Source: Nemertoderma westbladi (taxonomy: Eukaryota > Animalia > Xenacoelomorpha). From it: a stretch of DNA of 64,000 nt. How positions within the stretch are numbered: position 1 is the stretch's first letter; the number at the start of each line of letters is the position of its first letter. This document shows, piece by piece, positions 48,862-61,100 of this stretch. Location: NCBI GenBank assembly GCA_032718475.1, contig JAUCBJ010005384.1, positions 1-64,000 on the forward strand, in the 5' to 3' direction. The position numbers and the translations under genes are program-made. The notes below the pieces were generated by a model. That model made no database searches and was not told where the DNA came from. It saw only the letters and a list, made by a program, of their open reading frames with translations.

Positions 48862-49625
48862 AGTGCTTGGAGCTACAGCTTGGATCGACTACAAACATTA
48901 CTGCAGATTCCCAACTTTTTGTAAAATCTATCATCGTTAGTACATAAATATACCGTTAAATAATGACATATTATGTTATATTATTGTTAAAGTTCATATA
49001 ATAGATTCAACATTCATTAATTAACATTCGTTAAAGATCACCCATGTTGGTGTACAAGTATTCCATTAGGAAACATAGTGAACGTGTTTACTGTGGAAGA
49101 TCACTCATGGTGGTGAACAGGCATTCCTTGGCTTAACTAGCCTAAAAGATTCTCCCATTCTGCCATTTATTACAGTTTTTTTGTTATACATCCACACGAC
49201 AGTGTGAGTCGGATGAGTAGAGTTTATATGTATTTGTTGCCTAGGTTTCTTCTGTTTCTGGAATTGTGTTTATTTATTAATATTGTGCTCCGCGATTTGT
49301 TCTCAAATAGGCATACTGATTTGCCGGTACTGTGTTGCGCATTGTGTGATTGAATAGTAGGTCAAGTAGGAATAAGTACCGTATGTACTGTACCACTAAT
49401 GATCTGATCTACCTAAGTTCGCTAAAAATAATAAATATTGGCTAATAAATAAATAGAGAAAACATTAATAATAATATATGTACAAGTTCAGAGTATCAGC
49501 TGCTTTGTTGCCCTAGCAATGTGTAAACAAAGAGCGATAATTAAAGATAAACAGATAAAAAGATAAACAGTAATGTCACCCTATTGTTTAGCAAATCAGA
49601 TTTGAGAATAAGCGAGAACACATGA

Positions 49626-50097
49626 GGGTACCTACTTTTGCAGTTTTCCCCCCACATTTTAAAAATTTTCCTAATGGTGATTTTACTGAATTATTTCATG
49701 TGTAAATGTTCTATAAACGTCTAAATGTTTTCTTTAAATGTCTTCTAAATGTTTTCTAATGAAAAATTTTGTTTTTTCAACAAAATAAATGTTCTAGAAC
49801 ATTAGCTATAAGTAGCTAATTTCAACAAATAATTAACATATAAATTAATTAGTTTATAATTATTAAAAAATAATGTTTACGTATCTATGATAGCATTGTT
49901 CATTTGAAAAATTTTGCAGTCAAAATTTTTTTTTAATAGCTAATGTTCTAGAACAAGATTTTGATAATAGTTTTATTGGAAAACCTTTACAAGATGATTA
50001 GAGAACATATATACATGCAATAATCCATAAAATGTATTGTTATAAAATGTTATAAAATTTTGAAAAATGTGGGGGAGGGGGGACTGCAAAAGTACCC
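49626..50097. mobile_element. MITE
   Basis: GGGTAC..TTTTGCAGT..CCCCCACATTTT inverted at the right end. Flanking duplication ACATGA. Confidence 0.75.
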
Positions 50098-50779
50098 ACA
50101 TGATAAACACACAATATTGCAATGTTCAATAACAATACGGTAGTTCTATGGGGTCTACAGTATGCTGGAAATGAGTCGTGAGATGTTCTTTTCTATTTTT
50201 TCATATTTGTTACAAGGGGCTTTCCTTGTTTTTTGAGTTTCCACACTCATTGCCTCTACAATAAGGAAAGTCGACGACTAAATCTGTGCAACTATGTACT
50301 ATGTATATTTTTTATACAGTAGCTACGATTTTACTAAGGAAAATTTATTAAAATTAATAAGATGGAAAACAACGAAAATATATTAAGTTTCTTTTTTCAT
50401 GCCGTTTCTATCTAATTTAATGATGCTCGCATGGCTTTTGGTGATGTAATTTTGTAAGAGTTATCTTTCTTACGAATACTGGAGTACAATTTAATGTGAA
50501 ATATACATAATAAAAATGAATCCCTCTCCAGGGGAAATTCGATGCAAATAAAGGCTGATTACTCTCAAAAATAAAACTGTATCCTGTTCTATTGTGTTTA
50601 GTTTATTGTTTTGGTTAAAATAACATGCCACTGTAACCTGCTCCTTTCCCTAAATTGACAATTTAACATTGAGGCGGGAGATGAATTCGCCAAGGCGGTT
50701 TTGACGTCCAGTTTTCCACCATGTCTCTTTAGATTACACAGTGAAGGAGTTAAGTCATGATATACTTAAAATATATTCA

Positions 50780-52881
50780 ATGAACATGATGAATAATATC
50801 ATTAGATCAATATTAAATAAAACAAGACGATTGCAAATACGATTGGGTCTTATAACTATCCTCATAAGTCTCGTGTTCGTCTTGGTCATTATCAAAATAC
50901 CAAAATCCGAAATCGTCAGCCTCAGCCTCATTATCGACTCGTCCAACCTAAACATATCATGGATGACTTACGACGACAAGGGTTACTACGTCCCGAATGT
51001 TGTCCACTTTGTTCAGTTCGATAACGGGAATATTTCATTTCCTATGGCTCTCTGCATTCTGGCAGCCTCCCGAAACATTAATCCTACTGTTATTAAAATT
51101 CACACCAATGTGCAATTGACTGGACCTTATTGGATGGAGGCATCGCGCAGACTTGGAAAGCGAATAAGTGTTAGCATTAATATTTAAAATTATTACCTAT
51201 CTTTAATATAATATTTGATAAAAGCAACGGCCGATTTACACGTGGCAACTTTTAAAGCAACTTGTAGAGCAAGAGAAACCCAGGTTGCCGATTAAGTTGC
51301 TCCGGGTAAACATGTAAGTTGCTGAAAAAGTTGCCATAAAAGTTGCTGTTAAGGTTGCCAAGTGTAAACTGCGATCAAATTAAGTTGCTCGAAAAAAGTT
51401 GCTAGATGCCGACAAAGTTGCTCAAAAAGTTGCCACGTGTAAACCGGCCTTTAGTTGATATTGTTGATAAGTGGATATTTAATGTACAAAGTAGATAAAG
51501 TATATCAACGACAACGGACATGTAGGGACGCCATATTAATCGCAATATAATCAAAGCGAATATTATATTGGTGAGGTAATTTTAAGCAATATAAATTTCA
51601 AGCACATCTACTTTAATGAGGGCGTTCATATACTTTACAACTGTGTAACTTAGTTAGGTCGGGTGCCATCTTCGCCCACGTCCATCCTTCACCCGATTGT
51701 GAGAGAGGATCAGGTTACAGAGACGGCTTTTTCTAACCAAAGCAATAAACGATGTTGTTAACACTCATTTTGAGAGCGAAGATTGGACACGGGTGTAGAT
51801 TGGACGCGGGCGAAGTTTGCTCCGTACCCATTTAGTTATGGCTACCGGTTGAGGAGAGTGAGTAGTTTGGCTCTAAAAGTTTATCTCACTCCACTTTTTA
51901 GGTTGTCCCGGCTAAAAAACCAACAGAAATATCGGGGAAACCAGTAAGGGTTGTGCAACACGCTTCTGATATATTCCGAATCCAGCTATTGATAGCGGAG
52001 GGGGGAATCTATCTGGATAACGACGTACTAGTGGTTAATAGTTTCCAGAGGTTCAGATCCCTCAATGTCTGCTCAATAGGGCTGCCAAGGGATGTAGACC
52101 CTGAAGCATTTATTGGCAATCAGATATTGGTGTGCCCGCCCGGTGACTCATTTATGCGGCAATATTTGGCGACATATGAATCGAAGTTTGATGATAGTTT
52201 GTGGTACTACAATGCGGGTGAGTAGTAAAACTAATGCTATTATATATTTTCTAACGGCTTCTTATCAACAATGTAATGATTACAATATGACGAGCTCATA
52301 TTAGAAATAGAGCAATAAAAATAAGAGTCTGTGAAAGTATGGAATGTTCATTTTGCAGCATTCAGCAATGGCAAGAAATTATCAATTGGAAAAATTTAAT
52401 GATGATTATACGTATCATAGTCGCTCTCTTTTTATCCAGCAATTTTTAACAAACATAATCAACCAGTACATCCTCACCTGCAACAAAGATTTATTCATCA
52501 TTATAATATAACTAGGGCCATCATCTGAAGCTATCACACCAATCCCCCCATTCATAAAGATTGTGAGGAATTTTTAGCATTTTAGCAATTGGGGATGGAT
52601 GGTGTGGCAGCCTGTAATAATAGACCCTCGTGGCAAAAATACATAAATTGTATTGTGCAGGTAAAATGTTCCTTCTTTGTTATGTGTTAGGCGAAGTTCC
52701 CACCGTAGACCTGATACTGCCACACCCAGAACTCGTGAATGCTGTGCCCGATTCACAATTCGGAGTCTCTCTCGGCATCTGTGGGAGACTCTTCACGGCA
52801 GTTTCCAAGCCAAAGTGGAATCTTTGGAGAAACTACATCGCAATGCATCTGTTCTACAACTGGAGAGAGTCGTTGGCTAAG
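50780..52881 (+). CDS. DXD-motif glycosyltransferase (GT32, alpha-1,4-GlcNAc/Gal transferase-like); exons 50780-51169, 51902-52217, 52691-52881; last exon not located
   Basis: N-terminal TM anchor, VPNVVHFV, HASDIFRI..EGGIYLDNDV, WYYNAG|EVPT. GT-AG introns with compatible phases. Confidence 0.88.
51229..51449. mobile_element. Harbinger-like MITE in intron 1
   Basis: TIR GGCCGATTTACACGTGGCAACTT / AAGTTGCCACGTGTAAACCGGCC, with internal AAGTTGC repeats. Confidence 0.75.
51657..51829. mobile_element. MULE-like MITE in intron 1
   Basis: Imperfect TIRs CTTCGCCCACGTCCA / TGGACGCGGGCGAAG. 9-bp TSD ACTTAGTTA / ATTTAGTTA. Confidence 0.65.
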
Positions 52882-54510
52882 GTAATTGCAGTTAACAGTT
52901 ATATCCAATACATTTTCCGTTTTGTGTAGAACTTGACAGCATCGCGATACTTGAAAGATTTTAACTCACGCTGTCTGGCTGTCAAGTAGCGATACTTAAT
53001 TAATCTACATAGGCAGAATAATACTCGTACTTGGGCCCGTAACAAGGAATTTTTTAGTTGGGTTTGGGTAGGAGGGGAAAATCAGGGTAAATTTTAAAAA
53101 CAAAGCCTACTCTAGTATATAGGCCTATTATGTTAATATATTTTTATTACAACATTATTTAATCGCCACGGATTCTGTGAGCGGAAGACGCCAATAATTC
53201 CGTCAAAATCATCTGCACCTATCATACCAGAATCAAAGCAAATAAGTGTCAATGCTTCCATCGGAATGCTTCCGCAGTTTCGACGTTTACCCTATAAAAT
53301 TATGTAATTGAAAAAAAATGGAAAACTTAAAAAAAGCGTAGAACTACACTAACAATACTGCAATAATACCAGCCTCAACACAAGATACACTACAACTAAA
53401 CAGCACACAACACACTATGTGACGGGATCCGAGAGGATCCCGGTTAATCCGGTGTTGGTTGTGTACGCGTCCCCGCCGTACCGTGATGGAAAAGAGTTTG
53501 TGTTGCTCCGACGTTATTGTTAATATATGAAATACAGTATAAATAGGATGATAGCAGATAGCAGTTAATGATGGTAATGTACCGGTAATATGGTGACGGC
53601 GGTGACGGTCCTAACTGTCACCGTACTGCCTGACTGTACTGGGATAACTGAATGAAAGCTGCATCGACCGGTAATATATATATTGCACAGTTGGCCATAT
53701 TGCAGTATTGCTACTCAGCCGATGCTTCCCCCCTGATTGGCTAATATCCCTGTTGGCACCCTTTGGAGTGTTTCCCTTCACTCCTTGTGTTCTCTCTCGG
53801 TTAGGGGTTTGGCCCCTGACCCTCGTTGTGTGTTTCTCCTTCCCATTTTGTTGGGGTGGCACGAGTGGTTGATTACCCAACCTCGTGGCCCCCAATATTG
53901 CTTAATGGTTTACTTTATGGGGTTTGGTGAGGCGGAATTGATTCGCTAACACTCCCCCCATGCTATCTTCCCGGTGAGAAGATAGCATCAACCTCTAAGT
54001 GCGCTTCAATTCCGCTGGAACTCGATCTATTATCGGGTGTGGGGTGCAGTTATTTTCTTGGAGTCGGCTTTCCAGGCCGCTCCCTATGGGTATGATCTCA
54101 CTACCCTCTGGCGTCTCGTGTCGGGCCGATCGTGCGCTTCTCTCACCTCTCCCCACACCTGAATCGCACTCTTCTCTCTCGCCAACAGTTCCTTTCACTA
54201 TCTCCTCTCTACTCCCTGCCACTCTCTAAGGCCCTGACCTCTAATGCTACCCCTGTGCTATCATACTATCTACCCTATCTAAGGTCTAACTTGCTAACTA
54301 TCTAACTTCTCTAACTCTAACTAACTCCTAACTCTACTAACTACTATCTCTACTCTCTGCTAACTCTTACTACTTCTAGCTCTAACTAAAAGCCTCTAAC
54401 TTTCTACTAACTCTAATTAGAACTCTCTAACTCTCTACTAACTCTAGCTAGCTCTAATTCTAACTCTACTAACCACTAACTCTTTTCTAACTCTGACTAA
54501 AATCCTCCAT

Positions 54511-55032
54511 CTACGTGGCGCTTGTGGTGCCCACAACCATTCTACTACTACTTCTACTCTGCTACTAACTCTCTACTTCTACTAACTCTCTCTAACTCTT
54601 ACCAACTCTTCAACTACGTGGCGCTTAGGGTGCCCACAACCCCTTTACTACAATTTCCATCTACGTGGCGCTTCCGGTGCCCACAACCTCTCTACTACTG
54701 CTTCTAACTAAAAACCTCTTACTAACTCTACCTCTATCTATGTGGCGCTAACGGTGCCCACAACCACAACCGGTACTACGTACCCTCTTACTAACTCTAC
54801 CTCCATCTACGTGGCGCTAACGGTGCCCACAACCACAACCGGTACTACGTACCCTCTTACTAACTTTACCTCCATCTACGTGGCACTAACGGTGCCCACA
54901 ACCACTCTACTACTACTTCCGTCTACGTGGCGCTTGCGGTGCCCACAACCTCTCTACCACTACTACTTTCTACGTGGCGCTTCCGGTGCCCACAACCCCC
55001 CTACTACTACTCGTGGCATGACAATATGCCAC
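54511..55032 (-). repeat. Array of 8 conserved 28-bp stem-loop units plus one variant, in the BEL 3' region
   Basis: CTACGTGGCGCTnnnGGTGCCCACAACC units separated by ~20-75 bp CT-rich spacers. Confidence 0.9.
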
Positions 55033-55313
55033 ACTCCCTTACCCCGCCGCCTTCTAACTTACTCTCTTATCTTCTAACTACTTCTTACTTCTACTAACTA
55101 TTATTTTAATTATTTAATTATTTATTAATATTTATTTAAATTAAATAATTAATTTTTGTGGGAAGGGTGTCTCGCCCTCATTCCCACCCCCCTCAGTCCA
55201 AAATATTGGACGACTAAACCTCCTAATTAGGGCGATTCTTCCAACAGGCACTCTCCCACTGCTGCTCTTGTAGGTCCTGTAGGACTCGCTGCACTCTCTT
55301 CGCCAATTCCATC

Positions 55314-58300
55314 TCACCAGGAATTGGTTCTCCCTCTTCTGCCACCCTGAAATCGGGTCTCTCCGCCGCAGTCTCCCACCAGCAGAATGAATAGAAAGTG
55401 AAAGAACAGGCAGAACAGAAGGTACAATAGTAGTCCTATCCCCTTCCATCCTGCCTTCCTTCTCGACTTCCCCCTTGTCGGTATGCCTCCAAACCTGACC
55501 TGCATCTCTTCCGGACACTCCTCTGGACACTCCCCCGGAGTGTTGTCCTCCGGACACCTCGCCGTCCGCTCCGCTCCATCTCCATACCGATGCTTGCTGG
55601 GAAGCCTACTCTCCTCTGCCCACTTTCTTACTGTCACCTCCCTATCTGGCTCTACTACCTCTTGTTTCTCCTCTACTTCCTCTGCGTCTTCGGTGCCTGG
55701 TATCATGCACCCAGATGTCTCTGTCACACTGCATATGATATTGGTCTTAACTGGGCCGCTAAGCGTCCATCCGAACGGCGTGAGGATCGCCGTCGGGTCC
55801 CGCTGCCTGTCTTCGCCGAAGACCGTCTTCATCCTCTCATGGGCCGTCGGGCAGTCCATTCCTACTATAATGGACACCTTCCTAACGTCCACCTTTGGTA
55901 TTGAGAAATCGATACCGTCCAGGAATCTATACTGCTCGACCTCAATGTTGGTTGGTCGCCTAGCGTTGATATTTATCGATTCTATGACGTGGATGGGGTC
56001 GATCGTCGCCCCATAGTCGCATCCCGGTGCAATCGCTGCTATCCTGCACCGCCCCGTCCTCGTCTCCAGGACCTCATCTTTACTCGAGACGGTAGATACC
56101 GCCATTCTATTCGGCCTCGTCTTTAGCCCTATCTCTTCGGCCACCCAGTTCTCCACCAGCGTGAAGGCTGCTCCGCTGTCGACCAGCATTAATGTCGTTA
56201 CTGATCGACCGCCCTCTCCTGATATCTTTACTGGTACTACCCCGAGTAGTACTTTTCTCTTCTTCTTCTCTTCTGTCATGCTTCTAGCTGCTGTTTGGCC
56301 TCCAGTCTCCTCCTCTCTTGCTGCTGTTTCTCTACACTCTCCGGGTCTGTGTCCTTCTACCACACATCGATGACATAGTCCGTTTGCGTCTGTGTAGGCT
56401 ACACGATCTTGTTTGGGCAACGCTTGCCAGTGCTTACAACTCCTGGTCTTATGGGTTCCGTCCCGATGTAATTGACATTTGAATCCTGGATTATAGCGTT
56501 CCCTGTATAGTCCCTCACGTATCGCGCCTAGGTTTATATGTACCGATTTAGTGTTTTGGTTGTCTGTATTCGGCCTACTGGGTATGTTGGGATTATGTTT
56601 ATTTATGTTGTTATTTTCTTTCTGTCCCTGCCACGGTGTGGCCCTACTACCAGCTAACCGTGGACTAGCAGTCCCCTGTGTGGCCGCATGTGGTAGTGAC
56701 TGTCCCACTCCCGAGAATGGGTCTGTCGGATTATGTTCGGGTTTAGGCCTGTTGTATTCGATCTTTGGCGCCTTCCCCAAACTATCCTCGCTATAGACTG
56801 GATCTGTTATTAACTCAGCTTCGTAGTTTAGGAAGCTTGACATCTCTTCTAAACCTGGTTCCGCACCCTTCTTATCTCGAGTGGAGAAAGCGATTTTTCT
56901 CCACTTCCTTCTTAACCAGATCGGCAGTGCCTGCGCTATCGTGGTGATGTTGTTAGACGCGTTGAGTTCGTATGGTGCGTCTAGCGTCTTTAACACGATT
57001 AACGCCTTCTCGACCTTGTTCGCAAAGGTCCTTATGCTAACGGGATTATCCTGTAGGCCACCCGATGTTATGCCTCTCAGGGTTTGCTGGATGATCTTGG
57101 CTGGGTGCCCGTATTCCCTATCTAGCGCCCGCCATGCTGTCGTGAAGCCGCCCTCGATGCCCTGGTATTGCCTCATGATGTCGTATGCTGGGCCTCCTGT
57201 ATATACTTGCAGATACTTTAGGCACTCCGCCTGCGTCAAGTTCTTTGTTAGTATTTCATTACTATACATACGCCGAAACTGTAGGTATTCTTCTGGCCTA
57301 CTCCCATCGAATTTAAACGGTTCCACGGGTGGTAACTTGATCCTAGTTTTTAACGCATCGATTAATGTGGCCATTCCCATCGCTTGCGCTTCTAATGGGT
57401 TCGATGGATGTTGTGTAGTTTCTCCTGTTGGGTGCGGTCCGTCCGTCCTATCTGTTGACTTTGCTTGTTGCGTCGGATATATCATTGGGGGTAACGGCCC
57501 CTTCCATATTTCCGTGTCGCACGATCTGCTCTCGTCCAAGGGGTTCGATGTTCTCGCTCTTATTGGGGTATATTGTTGATATTGTGATGGGGGAATGTCA
57601 CCCTGCCCCCCCCCCCCCCCCACCGGTATGTTTAGTACTGGGGTTGATGTTAGTATATTGGGGCCCATGCACCTATCCGCAATAATTCCCCCCTCCCCTG
57701 GATATATGTAATGTCCTTGTGTATTATAGTCATGCTGCTGTACCGGTACCGATATAGGCCTATCTGCTTCTTGCCTACCTACCGGTATGTACTCCGCGAC
57801 TTCCGGGTTTAATCCCGTCGTCCGCGCTACCCTATCGCCTACTCTATCTCTCCCAGAATGGCCTATAATAGTATGTGCAGTAAGGCCTACAGTATGTCCT
57901 GCAGTCTGCATGTGCCCTTCCGAACCGAAGTTTATTCTTCGCGAATCTCGAATCTCCCCGCGACTACCGTACTCTCGATCGGCAGCTATATCCCGTCGGG
58001 AAGCTTCTCTTCGATCCCCTATCCTGCTCTCGTCTTCGTATCGGTACATCCTGTACCCCTCTCTTGGCGTGTGGTGCGTTTCTCCGGGGCGACGGCAATC
58101 TCCCGAAGTCCGACCCCACTGACTCCCTAATTCCCTCTCTACTATCGACGGCTCGCTATCCGTCCTCGCTCTCCTATCGTCCGTGGCGACACTTCTTCTA
58201 CTATCTTCTCTTCTTCTCTTTTCGACCTCTCGGTTAAACTCTACTAATCTTCTTCTATCTTCAACCCCTCTATTAAACTCTACTAATCTTCTCTCTTCTG

Positions 58301-58535
58301 ACTGGGCTCGACGTTCCGTCGCTCGCCCTCTCGCGACGTCAACCTGTCTCTCTCTGCTCGATCGCACGCCGCTGGGGATACTCGCAATCCCCCTATTACT
58401 CCCCATCGCCGGGTGTTGCGGTTTACCTAATTCGGCCCGCGCATTATCCGCCGACGCCTGTGGGACACTCTCTGCCCCCCCTCTCTCGCTACTAATCTCT
58501 CGCGGTGGGGTGCCCGTAGCCCCCCCCCCCCCCAC
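55314..58535 (-). CDS. gag: BEL/Pao Gag-protease polyprotein (open frame 1073 aa) with a hydrophobic C-terminal segment
   Basis: LPPVEPFKFDGS..YL..YTGGPA (DUF1759-like), CQLH..HKTRSC, CHRC..GHRPGEC, LVDSGA, TPFGWTLSGP. True start uncertain because of poly-G runs. Confidence 0.9.
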   Translation of the reverse strand: MGGGGATGTPPREISSERGGAESVPQASADNARAELGKPQHPAMGSNRGIASIPSGVRSSRERQVDVARGRATERRAQSEERRLVEFNRGVEDRRRLVEFNREVEKRRREDSRRSVATDDRRARTDSEPSIVERELGSQWGRTSGDCRRPGETHHTPREGYRMYRYEDESRIGDRREASRRDIAADREYGSRGEIRDSRRINFGSEGHMQTAGHTVGLTAHTIIGHSGRDRVGDRVARTTGLNPEVAEYIPVGRQEADRPISVPVQQHDYNTQGHYIYPGEGGIIADRCMGPNILTSTPVLNIPVGGGGGQGDIPPSQYQQYTPIRARTSNPLDESRSCDTEIWKGPLPPMIYPTQQAKSTDRTDGPHPTGETTQHPSNPLEAQAMGMATLIDALKTRIKLPPVEPFKFDGSRPEEYLQFRRMYSNEILTKNLTQAECLKYLQVYTGGPAYDIMRQYQGIEGGFTTAWRALDREYGHPAKIIQQTLRGITSGGLQDNPVSIRTFANKVEKALIVLKTLDAPYELNASNNITTIAQALPIWLRRKWRKIAFSTRDKKGAEPGLEEMSSFLNYEAELITDPVYSEDSLGKAPKIEYNRPKPEHNPTDPFSGVGQSLPHAATQGTASPRLAGSRATPWQGQKENNNINKHNPNIPSRPNTDNQNTKSVHINLGAIREGLYRERYNPGFKCQLHRDGTHKTRSCKHWQALPKQDRVAYTDANGLCHRCVVEGHRPGECRETAAREEETGGQTAARSMTEEKKKRKVLLGVVPVKISGEGGRSVTTLMLVDSGAAFTLVENWVAEEIGLKTRPNRMAVSTVSSKDEVLETRTGRCRIAAIAPGCDYGATIDPIHVIESININARRPTNIEVEQYRFLDGIDFSIPKVDVRKVSIIVGMDCPTAHERMKTVFGEDRQRDPTAILTPFGWTLSGPVKTNIICSVTETSGCMIPGTEDAEEVEEKQEVVEPDREVTVRKWAEESRLPSKHRYGDGAERTARCPEDNTPGECPEECPEEMQVRFGGIPTRGKSRRKAGWKGIGLLLYLLFCLFFHFLFILLVGDCGGETRFQGGRRGRTNSW

Positions 58536-60789
58536 CCGCCACTTCTAACTTCACTATCTCCTACTACACTTCTACGTCCCTCTTGTCGGACATTTTCTAC
58601 CCCCCTTCTCTCTCCCCTAATCTTCCGTGATGGGGCTCCTGTAGCCCCCCCCCCCCCCCCACTCGCCCCCCCCCCCCACCCGTACGGTTGCTGTACGTAC
58701 TGTACGTGTACCGCATGCTCTGTTCTCTTGCCTCACACTCTTCGCGTTCACTCTCTTGCTCCTTCCTTCCCCTCAGTCGCCACTCTAATTCTTCCATTTT
58801 TAATTTATATGCCATGCATTCACTCTCTCGCACCCGTCTTTCTTTTGCGGAGGATGTAGCGGACTTATCGGTTGCGACGGACTCCCGCCGCCCCTCCGTC
58901 CTACTAACTTTCCCCCGCTCTCCAGGGTTCTCGCTGACCGACGAGGCCAAATCCTCGGAGCTAACCTCAGATTCGCCCTCGTGCGGTCCCGCCCAACCCA
59001 CTAACTTAACTTCCCTGGCATCGACTAAGTATGGCCCTATGTACACTACACCAGGCCCCATACCCCTACAAACAGTTCGATGGCAACCCCTCTTGCTCTC
59101 TCGCTGGCTAGTTCTCCCTGCCCAGAATGCACTAGGTAATCAAAGTATCTGTTCGACTCACCTAGTCATCTCCTCAACTTCACCTGGTCTATCTCAGCTC
59201 CTCCTCTAGTTTCTTTCAGTTGTTCCCGGGTCGCGGCGTAGGCTCGTCGGAGCCGGACAACCCCGACGTCGACATATAATCTCTCCCTCTGGGTCCGACG
59301 TCGTACCGTCGGCTCCACCGTTGCCGTTCCGGTGGGCCGTTCGTCGCCCTCGGCCTGTGGCTGGCCGGCGACATCGGCATATCGACCGCCGCCCTGTGTC
59401 GACTCGTCTCTCTCCTCTCCCGACTCGTCCTCTCGCTGTAGACGGCCCCCTTCATCTTAGATCGCCGGATCGTTCGTCGACGGATCTGGCGTCGTGGGTT
59501 GATACCGTCTCGCCATGGCCTCGCGGATCGTTAGATCGTCGTCCGGGGTCCGCGGCGGTGTCGTCTTTCCTTCTCTACTCATCTGTCTGTGTCTGGCAGT
59601 TACAGTTCGGCAGGCCTAGAGTTAGGACTGTGACGGGATCCGAGAGGATCCCGGTTTATCCGGTGTTGGTTGTGTACGCGTCCCCGCCGTACCGTGATGG
59701 AAAAGAGTTTGTGTTGCTCCGACGTTATTGTTAATATATGAAATACAGTATAAATAGGATGATAGCAGATAGCAGTTAATGATGGTAATGTACCGGTAAT
59801 ATGGTGACGGCGGTGACGGTCCTAACTGTCACCGTACTGCCTGACTGTACTGGGATAACTGAATGAAAGCTGCATCGACCGGTAATATATATATTGCACA
59901 GTTGGCCATATTGCAGTATTGCTACTCAGCCGATGCTTCCCCCCTGATTGGCTAATATCCCTGTTGGCACCCTTTGGAGTGTTTCCCTTCACTCCTTGTG
60001 TTCTCTCTCGGTTAGGGGTTTGGCCCCTGACCCTCGTTTTGTGTTTCTCCTTCCCATTTTGGGGGGGTGGCACGAGTGGTTGATTACCCAACCTCGTGGC
60101 CCCCAATATTGCTTAATGGTTTACTTTATGGGGTTTGGTGAGGCGGAATTGATTCGCTAACACACTAGCACTAGACAGATACTATACTGCTATATGCATA
60201 TTACCGGTAATACAATTAATTGTGTGCAGCCAGACAGTAGGTAGAAAGCAAAAGTACAGTACCGTAGGGCCTACCACCTACATACAGTCCGCTATCAGTT
60301 CACCATTTGTTATACAAATCACAACACATAAAAGGCGGGGGAGAGTTGCAGAAACATCCATTTCGGTAATAATACACAACACAATCTACAGGTACGTATA
60401 CTTTACAGGAGGACCAGTGTTCGATGACTGTAAGGGTGCAGTACTGTACTGTAGTAACAGTGTTGGCCTACGGTAGGTATTTAAAATGAAAGTAAATTCC
60501 AATCTGAGTTTAATATGTACCGTTGTTTGATTACTGCCAGGCTGTGTACACTGTAACAGAGCAATAACAGTACTGTATACTGCAGCCTATTACAAGTACA
60601 TTACATATAGTATTGACAGTGGAACAATCAATGTTTAAAGAAGACGCATGGAACCAGAAAATGGTTGTGTACAATGTTAAATTATTACTGATGAAGTAAA
60701 ATTGTCTTCAAAAAAATTAATAGGCAAAACCCACGTTAGGCTAGGCGGCACCTGCCTTCGCCTTTGGGTAGGCCTATAGGCATGAAATG

Positions 60790-61100
60790 TTAAAAGCATT
60801 TGGTACAGTAGATCATGACATTTTGCTAGGTAGGTTTAGGCCTGATGGGTGTAGGTTCTACAGTATTGGTTCCAGTCATACCTGTCAGATAGAGGTCAAA
60901 CTGTAGTCATTAGCATATCGCAGTCTACTGTACAAGAGATTACCTGTGGTTTACAGCAAGGTAGTATTAGGTCCTCTACTTTTTGTATGCTTTAAATTAT
61001 ATGATAAGTAGTATAGGCCTACTGTAGATCCCGATTGTACGAGTGGTTGGTTGATAATAAGCTATCCATTCACTGTGGTAAGACTGAAATAATTTTATTG
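60790..61100 (+). pseudogene. L2/CR1-group LINE RT remnant
   Basis: KAFGTVDHDILL, WFQSYLSDRGQ, ITCGLQQGS, EWLVDNKLSIHCGKTE. Confidence 0.85.

Larger units (their letters stand above)
53418..60162 (-). mobile_element. BEL/Pao LTR element lacking RT, RNase H and integrase
   Basis: 534-bp LTRs 53418-53951 and 59629-60162 (4 substitutions seen). TSD CACTA. PPT GGGGGGAG next to the left LTR. Confidence 0.95.

Noticed and set aside
25136-49160. 22-bp inverted match GAATGGGAGAATCTTTTAGGCT / AGCCTAAAAGATTCTCCCATTC as TIRs of a 24-kb element
   Set aside because: No TSD or further support. More simply explained as ends of two separate copies of a small repeat.
54511-55032. CRISPR interpretation of the 28-bp repeat-spacer array
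   Set aside because: Spacers are low-complexity, unequal in length and partly duplicated. The array lies inside an LTR element. Kept as a stem-loop array instead.
58500-58680. Programmed frameshifts at poly-C/G runs in the BEL gag (also 47180-47198 in the CRE element)
   Set aside because: Long homopolymers are prone to slippage and sequencing error, so frame changes there cannot be trusted.
55483-59734. Plus-strand ORFs of 100-230 aa opposite the BEL gag
   Set aside because: Antisense shadows of a purine-rich coding strand, with no recognisable motifs.
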